64,000 nucleotides of DNA, from positions 1-64,000 of the forward strand of contig RBZT01000527.1 in assembly GCA_003693705.1 (NCBI GenBank), read 5' to 3'. Made by a program: the position numbers and the translations under genes. The notes below the pieces were generated by a model that was not told the DNA's origin, made no database searches, and saw only the letters and a list, made by a program, of their open reading frames with translations. Shown here piece after piece: positions 11,217 to 22,776 of this stretch (the stretch's first letter is position 1; every line of letters starts with the position of its first letter). This stretch comes from Polymyxa betae A26-41. Its lineage: Eukaryota; Protista; Endomyxa: Phytomyxea.

Positions 11217-13208
11217 TCACGCTTTCGGGACCGCGCTGGCCCATGATCGGGACGATATGTCTTGCTGAGGGCCCCAAATCGATGTTGTCGCCGACCAGAT
11301 GTTGCCAAGAGGGAGGGAGGGTGTCGGACGGGGCTTCGCGATCGCTCCGACTTGCCGCTGCGATCGAACGATCTCGTCGCCGGCGTCCCGGATGGACGGC
11401 GCCGGCGACGACCACAGGCGCGGCGCCGGCAGCAGTTTCGTGATCGAATCGGCATTCGCCGAGGTCGCCTCGTCATCGATGATGGTGGCAGCGATGGCGG
11501 CGGTGACGGATGCCACCGATGACACCTTCCATCTCTCCTGAACGCTCACCCATTGCTTCAGCTTATTCGCCATCTTCATGCTGGTCGGATCGCGTTGCCT
11601 CTCCTCCAGCTGCAGCATCTTGATATCGGCGGCGACCTCGTCCCAGAACGTCATATGCAGAGTCCGGCTCGACGCCGACGACAGGTTCCAGATGCGCGTC
11701 AGCGGAATGAACGTGAACGTCGACTTCTCGGCGTTCGGCGTCATGGCGTACACCTTGCGGATCTTATCCATGTGCGTCTCCAGATCGATCGCATACGACG
11801 CCGCCTTCAATACCGCTGACGTATGATACCCTGTAAGACGGAAGGCGAGCTGATCGACCATGGCCGTGAACCATCGCCAGCAAACATCGAACTGTCGGGC
11901 GTGCGACGCCAGATGCAGAGCCAGACCGCACGGATATCGGTTCAGGAACATCAGGTGACGTTCGATGCACCAGCGCACGCGGTCGTACCAGCCCTGGCGG
12001 GCGGCGCGCCCGGTCTCGGCGAAGTACGCGAGGCTGCACATGTGGACGGCCTCGCTGAAGACCTGCTTGGAGACGGCGGGCGTCGTCAATGCGATCGCCC
12101 AGCCGAACGCGAAGCGGCCGATCTCGGCGCAGCGGCGCAGGACGATGCAGGCCAGATGGCAGGCCGGCGACGACCCCGAACGGAGCAGGTCCAGGACAAA
12201 GCGCAGATCATCCGGCGAGGGCGCCTCGACGCCCGGTGACGTGAGACGCGCCAGGCGGACGGCGCGGGCGTCGCCGTACCGGCCCTGATAGAGGAGATCG
12301 GGGCCGAATACGACGTCCAGAGCGATCTTGTCGAGATCGGTCAGGTTCGACGAGAGCATCGTGGCGTACAGCTGAGCAGAGGTTCAGAATCGAGAAGAGG
12401 ACAAAGGCGAGAGAGGAAACTTTACCTGATCGAGGCGCCCTTCATCGGCAGCAAGACGAAGTAGGGTGTTATAGGCGACGTATTCCCATTGTTCAGGGCT
12501 TGAGACGAGCGTCATCGTGTCCAGAGCCGTCTGTAGCGTGCAGGATGGCAACGCCGCCACCAGACGATGAACGCTGCGACTGCCGACGAGTTCGGCGAGG
12601 CGTTCGGGGGAGCAGGTCGCCGATAGCGCCTGCAGGAGACGAAGACAATCGGCGGGATTCGATGCCGTCAGCTTCAGGAACAGCGACGACGCCGGCTGCA
12701 GATTCGACAGCGTGTCGGTGAGGACGCGGAGGGCGTCGGCGGCGTCGACGTCGCCGCGAACCAGAGCGCGTCGTGTGAGGAAGCTGTCGAGCTGCTCGAG
12801 GGTGATGTAGGCGTCGTCCGCTGGGAGGAACGCGGCCGCACGGCGGAAGGCGGCGGCGTCGAAGGCCGCCGACGACGCGTACACGAACAGCATCGTGAAA
12901 CAGCAGCGCATCGGCGACCCCGACGACACCGAAAACTCGCCGGCTTTGGCGACGGCGTCGATCGCGCCACGGCCGAGATCGCCGCCGACCAGCGCCTCCT
13001 CAAAGGTCGTCAGATGGCGACGGGCGTCGCCGGCCAGCAGGCATTTGGCGCGGACGACGAACGCCTGAGGGTGTCGGCTGACGTATTCACTCCAGTCCAG
13101 CGATTGGCGCGGAATACTGGCCCAGGACTGGGTGGCGTCGTGGCGTGTGAATCCCAGTGCGATTTGATAGGAAGATTGGGTAGAAGATTCGAAATCGGTG
13201 CTCGACAT
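11217..13208 (-). CDS. Hypothetical helical protein, at least two exons
   Basis: Two long same-strand ORFs (12384-13208 and 11217-12359) separated by a short GT-AG interval near 12375-12425; GC-rich coding-like sequence; no family recognised. Confidence 0.6.
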
Positions 13209-13235
13209 GGTTGATGGACAGATTCAGAGGTGTAT

Positions 13236-13298
13236 GGATGGGGTGATGTGGTGATGTGGTGATGGGGTGATGGGGTGATGGGGTGTATTTGGGGTTGG
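13236..13298. repeat. (GGTGATG[G/T])n 8-bp microsatellite with G-quadruplex potential
   Basis: About five to six tandem 8-mers; four GGGG runs within ~13264-13294. Confidence 0.7.
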
Positions 13299-14479
13299 TC
13301 TCGGTCGAAACGATCGTCGTAGATGGAGAATTTGGAGGGACTGAGTCTGGCGAGCGACCTATTAACTGAGATTGAAAATTTCGAATGGATTCGGGAGCCA
13401 TCGTGGCGATCGCTGCGTTTCCATTGGAGCGCCGACGGAACCTGTATCTGGGGAAGCAGGTGTCAATTCCGGTTCGTTGACTCACTCCTTCCTGATTTAA
13501 GAGATTCCGATGGTTTGCGCAGCGTTTTGAAGCTTGTTTAAGGAAAGGCTGCTTACGCATTTATGTTCATTTTAAGTTCGCAAAAATGTGTTTTCGGCGC
13601 AATGCTGCTCATATCGAATTCAAATTATCAGATTAGCTGTGGGCAGGCTTTTTTAAAGGAGATCGAGATTGCTGCCCAGCAGAGGATTCCGGAATATACG
13701 AGATTTCTCGTTTAGAAACTGTTGTTTGGGTTGAAGATTTGTAGAGGCTACATCGACTTTGAAATTTACCCAAAGCTTTTCCAGCAGCCTCCCGATCGAT
13801 AGGTACTAAAATGAGTATTGCATTCTAATCTTCAATACTTTTGCCTTCTTGCTACACCATTGTATGGCTATTCTTTCTAATTCGGCGAACGAGACGATCT
13901 CGTCGGCAATTGTGATATCAATTGTTACAGAGCATTTTATGCTCAGAGCATCGGCTTAAACGGCCACCCCAAGGGTGATTATGCTTGTAAGAAGGTTTCA
14001 TCTCAAGTTCAACGTTCAAGCGTTGTCTTTAGGTCAACGTCATTCTCCATTTCCAATCGGATACCCGATGATTGACGTTTCTAAATCGCATCAGTCCCAG
14101 ACTATCTATCGTTGATACCCTCAATGTGCTAATGACGGATTCACATTGTCAATTTCTCGTCTTCGATATGAGTTACGCTGCTTAAGAACTTGTTTACATC
14201 AAGAGCAGCAAGACAACCTGCCTTAATCAACATCGGAGGATGTTAAGCGTTTAGTTATGATTTAACGTCAAACTTTCGTATCCCAATCAATCATTACAAT
14301 GATGAGAATTGATGGTTCGCTTCTCTAATCTGGGCCAGTATTGCGAAGACGCTCTTGAAAGGTCCTGGCTGGCCAAGGCCCAGATATCGCTTTCCTCCAT
14401 TCGCCACGTTTGCGAGTCGCTCGTGCCCAGCATATATCAGACTCGGTCGCAGGCGTATCCGGGTTGTCAACTAACGAAT

Positions 14480-15300
14480 GGTTCCTGCCGTGGACATACA
14501 CATGGCTGACGATTTTGTCGAGAGAAACGTGCTAGTTTAGAGACGCGCTGAATGAGAGAACTCCTCTCCATGAAATAGCAAGTCCAATGAGCGAATGGTA
14601 TGGGATGATATATAGGGAGCGAATAAAAACCCAGCACCGATGAACGGAGACTCCTGCAGCTGCCCTTCATGGTCATGGATCTAATATCTGCCTGAAACAG
14701 GGGAGATTAGGCCTTTCATCTAATCGTCAAATCTCGAGTAGTTAACTAATAGAAAGGCGTTACCTGGAATCTCCAGGTCGCCAGCGTCGCGACCGGATAA
14801 TGAGAGATGACGAATATGGCGTTCGGTACTCGCGGCACCATATCCAGTAATCGACGATCCCATTCCGAGATAAAGTTCAGATGAGAGTCGATCTGAAGCA
14901 AAAATATTATTCGCCACGACATCGCCGAGATGTTAAATAGCGGGCGAATGTCCGCCCCGAGCCTGGTGAAAATCGAGTCGAATCGTGTGGATCTGCGACT
15001 GGAATCGGAGGCGACGTTCAGGCGGCAGTTAACACGGCGGGTCGTCGTCGGAAACCTGGTCGACCAGATACGAAGGCGTTCGCAATAGCGACATTTCGTG
15101 AAGATCTGCGTCGATGTTTGAATGCAGTTTTCGTCGCGATATGAAGAGATCGAAATGAAGAAGTCGGGGCGAATTGCGACCTTCCTCAGGCGCTCGCGTT
15201 CTTCAGGGACGGTTTCATTGATGAGCGGTGCCGATTCTATTGTATACAACTCGGGTTCATCGTCCAAGTCTCCAGCAGGCACTTCTGTAATGCCCTTTTG
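14480..15300 (-). pseudogene. GT60-family (Skp1/Gnt1-like polypeptide GlcNAc-transferase) pseudogene
   Basis: Motifs FFISISSYRDENC, QARG/TFARYL, GE*YF/LQIDSH, VISHYP, SPFIGAGFLF and FHGEEFSHSARL* lie in different frames, with at least three frameshifts and several stops. Confidence 0.75.
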
Positions 15301-15814
15301 ACGTCCCAGACTCATCTCTTGCCCGAATTTGAATTCTTCGAAATCGGGTAGCAGGAACGGCAGCATGGAGGCAGTAAAGCAGGCCGGCCATGAGCAGTAG
15401 ACGTCAACATCATCGCTTAAGGCGACTGAAAAGAGAGCAGGCGTCAAACCGAACGGCTGAGCGAGCATCTCTTAAATCTTCTCTTGTCACAAGCGTCATA
15501 CCAGAGATATCTGAAGATGGACCGAGAGGTCATCGCCGCCGTCTCGCAGGGGTTGGTATAACGCCATGCATGCAGAATAGGAATCCTTCAATGACCTCCA
15601 TCTCGTCTAGAGCCAGATCTTACTATACCAAGAGCCAGATCGTTGTTTCAGATTAAAATCCCCAGGATGGCACTCCTTCTCGTATAGAGCCTGACTGGGA
15701 GATCATCAAACGATCACATGGGCTAACGTGAGACTTACGTACCATGATATATCGGAAGGGTACCTCGGTCCATCACTAACCTAGTTGGTCGAGACTTAGC
15801 AACAATTACGACCA

Positions 15815-17453
15815 ATGGGCAGCCTAGAATGGCTTTACGTCATTAATGTTTTGTATACAGCCTACATGCCTTACCAACTCTATCGCTATTATCTCTATTT
15901 CGATAAATATCCCATCAGGTCAGTCAGGGACCAAATTTCGACCTCAATCATTCACGTTCGCACAGAATGTGGAATAGCCTGCTGATGCTAATCTGTGGCC
16001 TGTCCATATTCTTGCACCAGATCTTCATCTTGTTAGCACAGCTGATTCCCACACTGAACGTCTGGATCGCAGCCGTTCCTCTGGTCATCACCGACTCCAT
16101 CCTGACCGACTCCTTCATTTTGCAAGCACTCATCGTCTACTTCAAATTCGAGATCGTCAACGTCCAGGTACAACCTACAAACACGCGCTTACTGATTCGC
16201 TGAACAGTTTCACCAGGAGAAGTGCGACACTCAAGATCGGGCGAAACTCGACGAGCTCGATCGGCTTCTTCGCCGCGCGCGATGGGTCGTTTCGAAGAGA
16301 TTCGGTGCCATGTTCATGTGCGGCGATGTCGCTCTAATCACGGTGCTGGTGATGGGATACACCTCCCTACATCCAGATGTCGGAAGGGTGGCCGCCAACC
16401 GATGCAGAGACGGCAGGAATCCCGATTGCGAGACGCTGTAAGAAACGAAAGGGTTTTAGGGTTTCTCAGCTTGATCATTCCTCTTGCAGAGTGAAAATCT
16501 GTATGATGAAAGTAGCTCTGTCCTGGGCCATTGGCTTAGTCATAGCCTTCAAGCTCAAGACGATGGTCGACTCGATCGGGATCAAGAAGAATCTCCAACG
16601 AATCGCCCTCACCTATCTTGTGACAAACTTGGCGTTCACGTTAGTCGCTCAAATGGTCCCGATCATCGACGGCTACATGTTCAGTACGACCCAACTCATG
16701 TTCGGGTACCACCTGATGTTCTATTTCGGGATCGAGAAACAAATCCGTCTAGCTGAGCGCGTCGTGGTTGTCAGCGACGACAACAAGAGCTTGCTGCATC
16801 TGTTCTTGCAAAACCCCCATTATTTCGCCATCATCTTGAAGCACGCCAAATCCGAGTTCAACGCTGAGAATCTGCTGTTCTGGAAGGATGTTCAGGCCGT
16901 CATCAGTGGCGAGAAAACGCGAAGATCTGTGACGCTATCGGCTTCCAGGCGCTTTTTGCTGAAAGCGACAGATAGCGAGGCAGGTGCCCGAACCGATTAC
17001 CAGAAGGACGCTGTTCTCTCCATCTACAATAAGTATATTGCTGATGGAGCCATGTTCCAAGTGAGATCGTCAAATGGTGACCTTCGTTGGTTTTAAACGG
17101 TTCGGCAGATTAACCTGCCGAGCCGCATCATTCATCAGATTCAAAAAGACATCGCGATTGTGCAAATGGATAGCCCAGAGAAACCAGCAGATCCATCAAA
17201 AATCTATCTAGCCGCCTTGAAAACCATTGAAACGCTCATGAACGATGGTAGGGTATCGCCGTGCCGAGACGGTTTGCTGAAAACAGTCTCAGATATGCTA
17301 CCGCGATTCCAGAAAACGGCTGCTGGAAAGAAGGCCTGGGCAGAGTTCGAAATGAATCTGAAAGAAGCGACCCCGAGAGCAGATGTCTCTCTTGATATCG
17401 AAAAGGGATCTAGCACGATTTTAGCAATGGCTTCGAGTCATGTGATTTCATAG
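15815..17453 (+). CDS. 7TM-RGS protein (membrane receptor fused to a regulator of G-protein signalling domain), multi-exon
   Basis: Hydrophobic helices from MGSLEWLYVINVLYTAY...YPIR|SRS, then RGS motifs KHAKSEFNAENLLFWKDV, IYNKYIADGAMFQ|INLP and LMND|DMLPRF. Confidence 0.85.
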
Positions 17454-17975
17454 TGTAAAGACGAGGGAAGAGATCATGATAACTCAGCTCCGAGCAAACT
17501 GGGATCTTCTGACCCAAGGCACAATGGCAAAGCCTCAGCCATCCCAGGCATGGGTTCAGCGGAACCGGATCGAGGACTTCGTGCAGTTCTGAAAGACGGT
17601 CGTATTGAAAATGTGCGCAGTTCGAAAAAATCGCAAACCATTCCTGAAAAGTGCGTCATTTTCCTGTCTGATAACAAACAGAAAACCAAAAAGCTGCAAT
17701 TCGATACTGCAGCTAAACTGACTAGAGCTGGATGATTTGAGAATGAGATGCGATCTGCTTCAAATTCTGTGACAATGGCTGCGACGAAAACCGAATGAAT
17801 AAATCATCCGGGAGTAATTCGATTTCCAGCAACATTCCCCAATACCCGTACGGAAATTTTGTTGCTTTTTTTGTGTAACATTACAATTGGATTAGAAAGG
17901 GCTCTCTTCAGTGTATTGGTATAGCAGCCGCTAAGTAGCGATTGCCTACAGGGACCATTGGGCTAACAAGCGGTC

Positions 17976-20537
17976 ATGTCCACGATCCGTGATTTAGCAT
18001 CGTCTGGCGAATGTGGACAACGTTCTGCGTTAGGCTCCCTGGCCCAGCATGTGACTCAGACCGGGCAGAGCGCCCTGCAGGAGGTTCGCAGCGCCGCTTT
18101 CGGCCCCGTTTATCACGTTCCCGGCAAGAAACTGCTCGGGCTCGACGATCTCCTCCACGACCATGCTAGACCCGAGCTTAATGAGACCCAGCAAGCTTTT
18201 GAGTTCGGTAATAATTACTGCTAATTTCTTTCGATTTGCTCTAATTCATGGCGATTTATTTTCTTCTATTTGAACCTTTTAACGTTTTTATCGATATTTT
18301 TACAGTGATCAGCATTAGTGTCTATCGATTCTCTACTTCAGTAAATGTCCCGTTTCGTTAGAGAATTTTGTCGCTTTCTATTGATTTTTTGCGACAGAGC
18401 AGATGTTTCAAGGCGAATCAAAACTGGTGCCATTTTCGCCGGTCGATGCGCTGGTGGAGCAGTTCCAAAATTTCTCCATTCCCGATGCAAGACAGAACCA
18501 GATGATGCCATTCCACTTGCAGCCGCAGACCATGCCAAATCCATGGGCTGACCATTTCCTTTTATCACATCCGCAAGTCAGCTCAGGTCAGCGATCCCGA
18601 AATCTTCCGTCCCAGTAATGATAATCGTTTGCTCGCAGCTGATGCAGAATGGGTACAGCAATTTGAACAGCAATCGGGATCGCAGCAGACTTGGGCAGAC
18701 GAATTCCAATCGCAATCGACTGATGATGTGTCGTCGGGCGTTGATTCATCGATGCTTCAAAGGTTGCAGAACTGCTCGAATGAGAAAGTTCGCAATTCGA
18801 AGTTTGTGCAGTTTCTAGCCAGGGTTCGCTCTCTGTATTTGCTTTGATGATGTCGCCTGTCCTGAATCTTTTGACAGCTTGAAAAAGGCGAAATCGCTTT
18901 GGACGAACAGAACAACACCATCAAAGAAATTGTCCCACTAGAGCAGTCGAAAGTCCATTTAAACCTGTAAGCCGTTTCTGTAATATTTCATTCAGTTATA
19001 TTGCGCTCTGCGACTCGTCTGCAAACTCTTTTTTATCTAATTGATTCTAAAAACAACGCGCTCAATTGCATGGTAGCGATAATGGATGGTCGCAAGAATT
19101 CCAAGCCGTTAATGATGCTGATTGGGCAGCCGAATTCCCCGACGTTGTTGAAGGCGACCAGAACGATTGGGTTGAGCAGTTCCAAGGTCCTACGTCTGCT
19201 GTCAACGATCTAGTCCACGAATCTCAAAACGAGGCCTCAGAGGACATCTCTGAATGGCTTGACGAATTCGAAAATTTCGACTGGAAAGAATACGTGGCCG
19301 CCATGCATCGGGAATCCGATCAGGTGTCGAAGCATGCAACCGGCTTCGAATATTTATTCGCTAATGACAACCCATACCTGGAATCTGCAGATCCAATGGC
19401 TGAGGGAATACGGCTTATGGACCAGGGCAACCTTTCCAACGCCATTTTGGCCTTTGAGGCCGAAGTGCAGCATTCCCGCGACAATCTGGTAGACACACTC
19501 CTCGCACATGCTTCTCTTTGGTCACATTTGCTGAGTGTGTTCTGCTTGTAGAATGCGTGGCGGTTATTGGGCCAGTGCAACGCCGATAACGAAAGCGATA
19601 CTCAATGCATAGCGGCCCTGTCCACGGCACTGGATTTAGATCCATATAGTCTGGAATCTTTGTTGATGCTCGGCGTTAGTCACGCAAACGATCTCGATCA
19701 GGTTTACTGTTTTTTGATTTCGCTGTTCCAATCGCTAATTTTACAAGGCGAGGGCGTTGCATGCTTTGAAGACCTGGATTGAAAACAATCCCGATTTTCA
19801 GTTTTTAAGTAAATCGAATGACAGTCAGTTTCAAGAATTTGAAGATTTATATGGCGAACTTCAAAGCCGATCATCGCTCTGCGCTCAGGTCGGTTCAATC
19901 CGTCGTCGCTGCTGCTTTTCTATAACCGTCTCAGGTCATTGATATGTACACAAAAGCTGCCATGAGGAGGCCGAACGACGTCAATATTCATACGGTCCTG
20001 GGCGTGCTGTACAATATCACAGGCGATTATGAACGCGCCACCGAATGTCTAATGCGAGCGATTCAATTGAAGCCGGACGACCCGCGTCTCTGGAACAAGC
20101 TTGGAGCAACACAGGCGAACGGATCTCATAGTCTAGCCGCTGTCCAGTCCTACAAAAGGTTTAATGTTTTATTGAGGCTTTTCCTTTCCAAATCATCGTT
20201 CTTTCATTTAAATGAGATACTTCTCGCACCCGCTCACTTAAATTTATAGGGCGCTGGAGCTTAAGCCAAATTACGTTCGAGCCCTAGCAAACCTAGGCAT
20301 CAGTTTCGCCAATCAAGGTAGATGCCCGAATTGTTTTTTGCTCTGCTAACAAGGTCAGTAGGGATGCACACGGAAGCTGCACAAGCATATCTGGCTACCC
20401 TCGCTCGGAACCCGAATGCTGAGCATGTCTGGAGCTATTTGTGCATCACGTTAGCATCGGCCAACTGCCCACCTGAGGTCTGCGCCTTGACCGATCGGAA
20501 GGATGTCGACTCATTCCGACCCTATTTCGATTTCTGA
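17976..20537 (+). CDS. PEX5: Peroxisomal targeting signal 1 receptor, multi-exon
   Basis: N-terminal conserved Cys (SGECG); repeated WxxxF motifs (WADHF, WVQQF, WADEF, WSQEF, WAAEF, WVEQF, WLDEF); YLFANDNPY; TPRs with AILAFEAEV, LGVLYN, LWNKLGATQANG, ALELKPNYVRA. Confidence 0.95.
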
Positions 20538-22063
20538 TTGCCGCCACCTATAATTCTGTAATATAACCTGTCTTTATTTAATTGCATTCATGTCTTCACA
20601 GACTTCCACTTCAAACAGGAATTTTGACGAACATTGTTCCAAAGAGCATGTCTGTGAACACGTATATAAGAGAATTCTTACAAGATCATGAAGTCAAAGC
20701 AACTCTCTTCTGGTCTTGACTGAAGTCCATTGAAGGCCTATAATGTACTGACACCCACAACGTTCAAACGCTACAGAAAACCCACAGTCTTGTTTCCCGA
20801 TCTTTCTTTGTCGAATCCCTTTTCATTTCCGCGCTTGAACTTGCGTACTGGCTTGCTTGGGAAACACAAGTTTCCGAGACAGATGGAACTGAGTAGATAT
20901 GATATGCACGTAATGGGTCTGTTCCATCTCGTTCCACAAGATTAGAACGACTCGTTGTCATCGCTCTGTAGCTGTTTGTTGCAGAGCGTTTTGCTGGCGC
21001 GGTGCCCATGTTGTGCAGTTATGGGATTAGGGGATCCCTTGGAAAAACCAAGTTGTGGAGACGGCCAGATAATCAACAAACGCTCGGAGACATATCGTCA
21101 AACTAGTTTTATCTGTTTGCTTTTTTTACTCATTTTGTAAAGGTTTCTCTCGTGTCTGGGATTGGATTCGACAAGTTCGTTAATCTTTGGTCAACAGGTG
21201 GCGCTATTTCCAAAACGCATGGCTGGAAATTTGGGCGAATTGCCCAAATAGATTCCAGAGCCCCTACTAACGATTTCGGGGCTTTACAGTATTTCACCCG
21301 TTTCGATAATTGTTGAATCGTAGGCGGCCCTATCAGCAGGACCTAAGAGAGCCTCGATAAGGTAAGGTAGGCACCCGCCCAATCGTACAGGGACTCGAAC
21401 CCATGTACCCTATCCGTTCTACTACTCCCCTTCTGGTTTCCCAGCTTTCACCATGCGTCGCTAAATGTAACAGCCGTGACACTATGCTGTAGCTAGAAAC
21501 TTTGCCATGAGTTTGGCGTGTGTATACAGCAGGCATCTTTAATTCTGGTATTTACCAGATTTAATAAAATAAGCTAATTTTGGTACATTATTTATCATAC
21601 AGTTCGTCGTTATAGTGTAAATAGGATCGAGCTCGAGCGTGCTCTGTTCGTAATCTGTTTAGTTTGCAAATCCGCTTGGTTTCACCTTTTTCTCTAACTA
21701 TCTATGTAGTTTTCGTCTTTCTAACTGTTTATACGTTAACCGTGTTCAATTAAGTGTCCATCTATTGCAGCCTGATTTGCTAGTTTGTCTATCGCATCAC
21801 TTTATGCAATCTGTTTAGTGTGACTACCTAGCTCAACCTCTGTTTGCGTGCGACGATGGTCACTGTTTAACTAGAGACGCAACTGATTTCTTACTGTACG
21901 ATGGTCAGCATACGATATAAAGAGCTATTTATTGATTATACAATACCCATCATACGCATTCGGAATAATATAATGAATCTACATAATTACGAGGTTCGGA
22001 CGAGCCATCGTACGCTTTCTGGACATTACTACATATTGCATATTTTACTTGAAACATCACAAT

Positions 22064-22326
22064 TGAGACTTTTCGGACGCACTTTTCCGTTCGGTTTAGA
22101 GTTCCACATCGCAGTCGCGCTAACTGAACAGAATAGTTGCGGAAACAGTGTTTCGCATATCCTTGTTATGTTTTCTATTCTGTTTCATCTGCACGCAATA
22201 TAATCTGAATGGAAAACACTGTTCCGTTAGAGAGGGGGGATTACGGAATAGATTTTTCCTTTCCGTTTGTGCTCACACTGTAACAGAACGGAAAAGGGAA
22301 CGGAAAAGTGCGTCCGAAAAGTCTCT
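22064..22326. mobile_element. 263-bp MITE with 28-bp perfect TIRs and AAT target-site duplication (PIF/Harbinger-related, tentative)
   Basis: GAGACTTTTCGGACGCACTTTTCCGTTC (22065-22092) is the exact reverse complement of 22298-22325; AAT at 22061-22063 and 22327-22329. Confidence 0.8.
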
Positions 22327-22379
22327 AATACAACGGAAGATTCCTTCCAAACACGGAAAAGGCGCCACGAAGGGAGGAG

Positions 22380-22545
22380 CTAGATTGTGTACACAGTCTA
22401 AATTAAGTTCCACGGAATGCCGACGTTGGCAACTAGATAGTGTACACAGTCTAGATTAAGTCCCTCGGCATGCCGACGAAGCGAGGAGCGGATAGTTACA
22501 TAGTCTAGAACTAGATTAAGTCCCACGGAATGCCGACGAAGCACG
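22380..22545. repeat. ~53-bp degenerate tandem repeat (3 copies) with a palindromic core
   Basis: CTAGAT(T/A)GTGTACACAGTCTA(A/G)ATTAAGT..C.CGG.ATGCCGACG at 22380 and 22433, with a rearranged third copy near 22490-22540. Confidence 0.8.
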
Positions 22546-22570
22546 ATAAGATTCACGGAATCCCGGGAAT

Positions 22571-22776
22571 CTTCTCATTCTTCAAAATGGATGTCAACAA
22601 ATTCCAACAGATGCTTGTTCACTTGTCGCGAGCAATACAAGTTAATGCACTAATGGCCGCCAAAATGACGGTCATTCTCATTTCTCAAATGGATGTTAAC
22701 GACTTCCAACAGAAGCTGGATCACTTGTCGTGAGCAATACAAGTTAATGCACGAATGGCCGCCAAAATGACGGTCA
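22571..22776. repeat. ~102-bp tandem duplication
   Basis: TTCTCATT...ATGGATGT.AAC...TTCCAACAGA...CACTTGTCG.GAGCAATACAAGTTAATGCAC.AATGGCCGCCAAAATGACGGTCA occurs twice. Confidence 0.85.

Noticed and set aside
9314-12288. Numerous overlapping antisense and alternate-frame ORFs
   Set aside because: Expected by-product of high GC in real coding exons.
724-13208. Biosynthetic gene cluster around the FAAL megaenzyme
   Set aside because: The neighbours are a receptor-like gene, an EF-hand protein and a hypothetical protein. No PPTase, lipoxygenase, transporter or other tailoring gene is recognisable.
21373-21450. tRNA gene on the minus strand
   Set aside because: Only a T-loop hairpin is present, with no cloverleaf; it is better explained as part of a LINE 3' UTR.
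22380-22776. CRISPR-like array
   Set aside because: Units are degenerate tandem copies without unique spacers, there are no cas genes, and the context is eukaryotic transposon debris.
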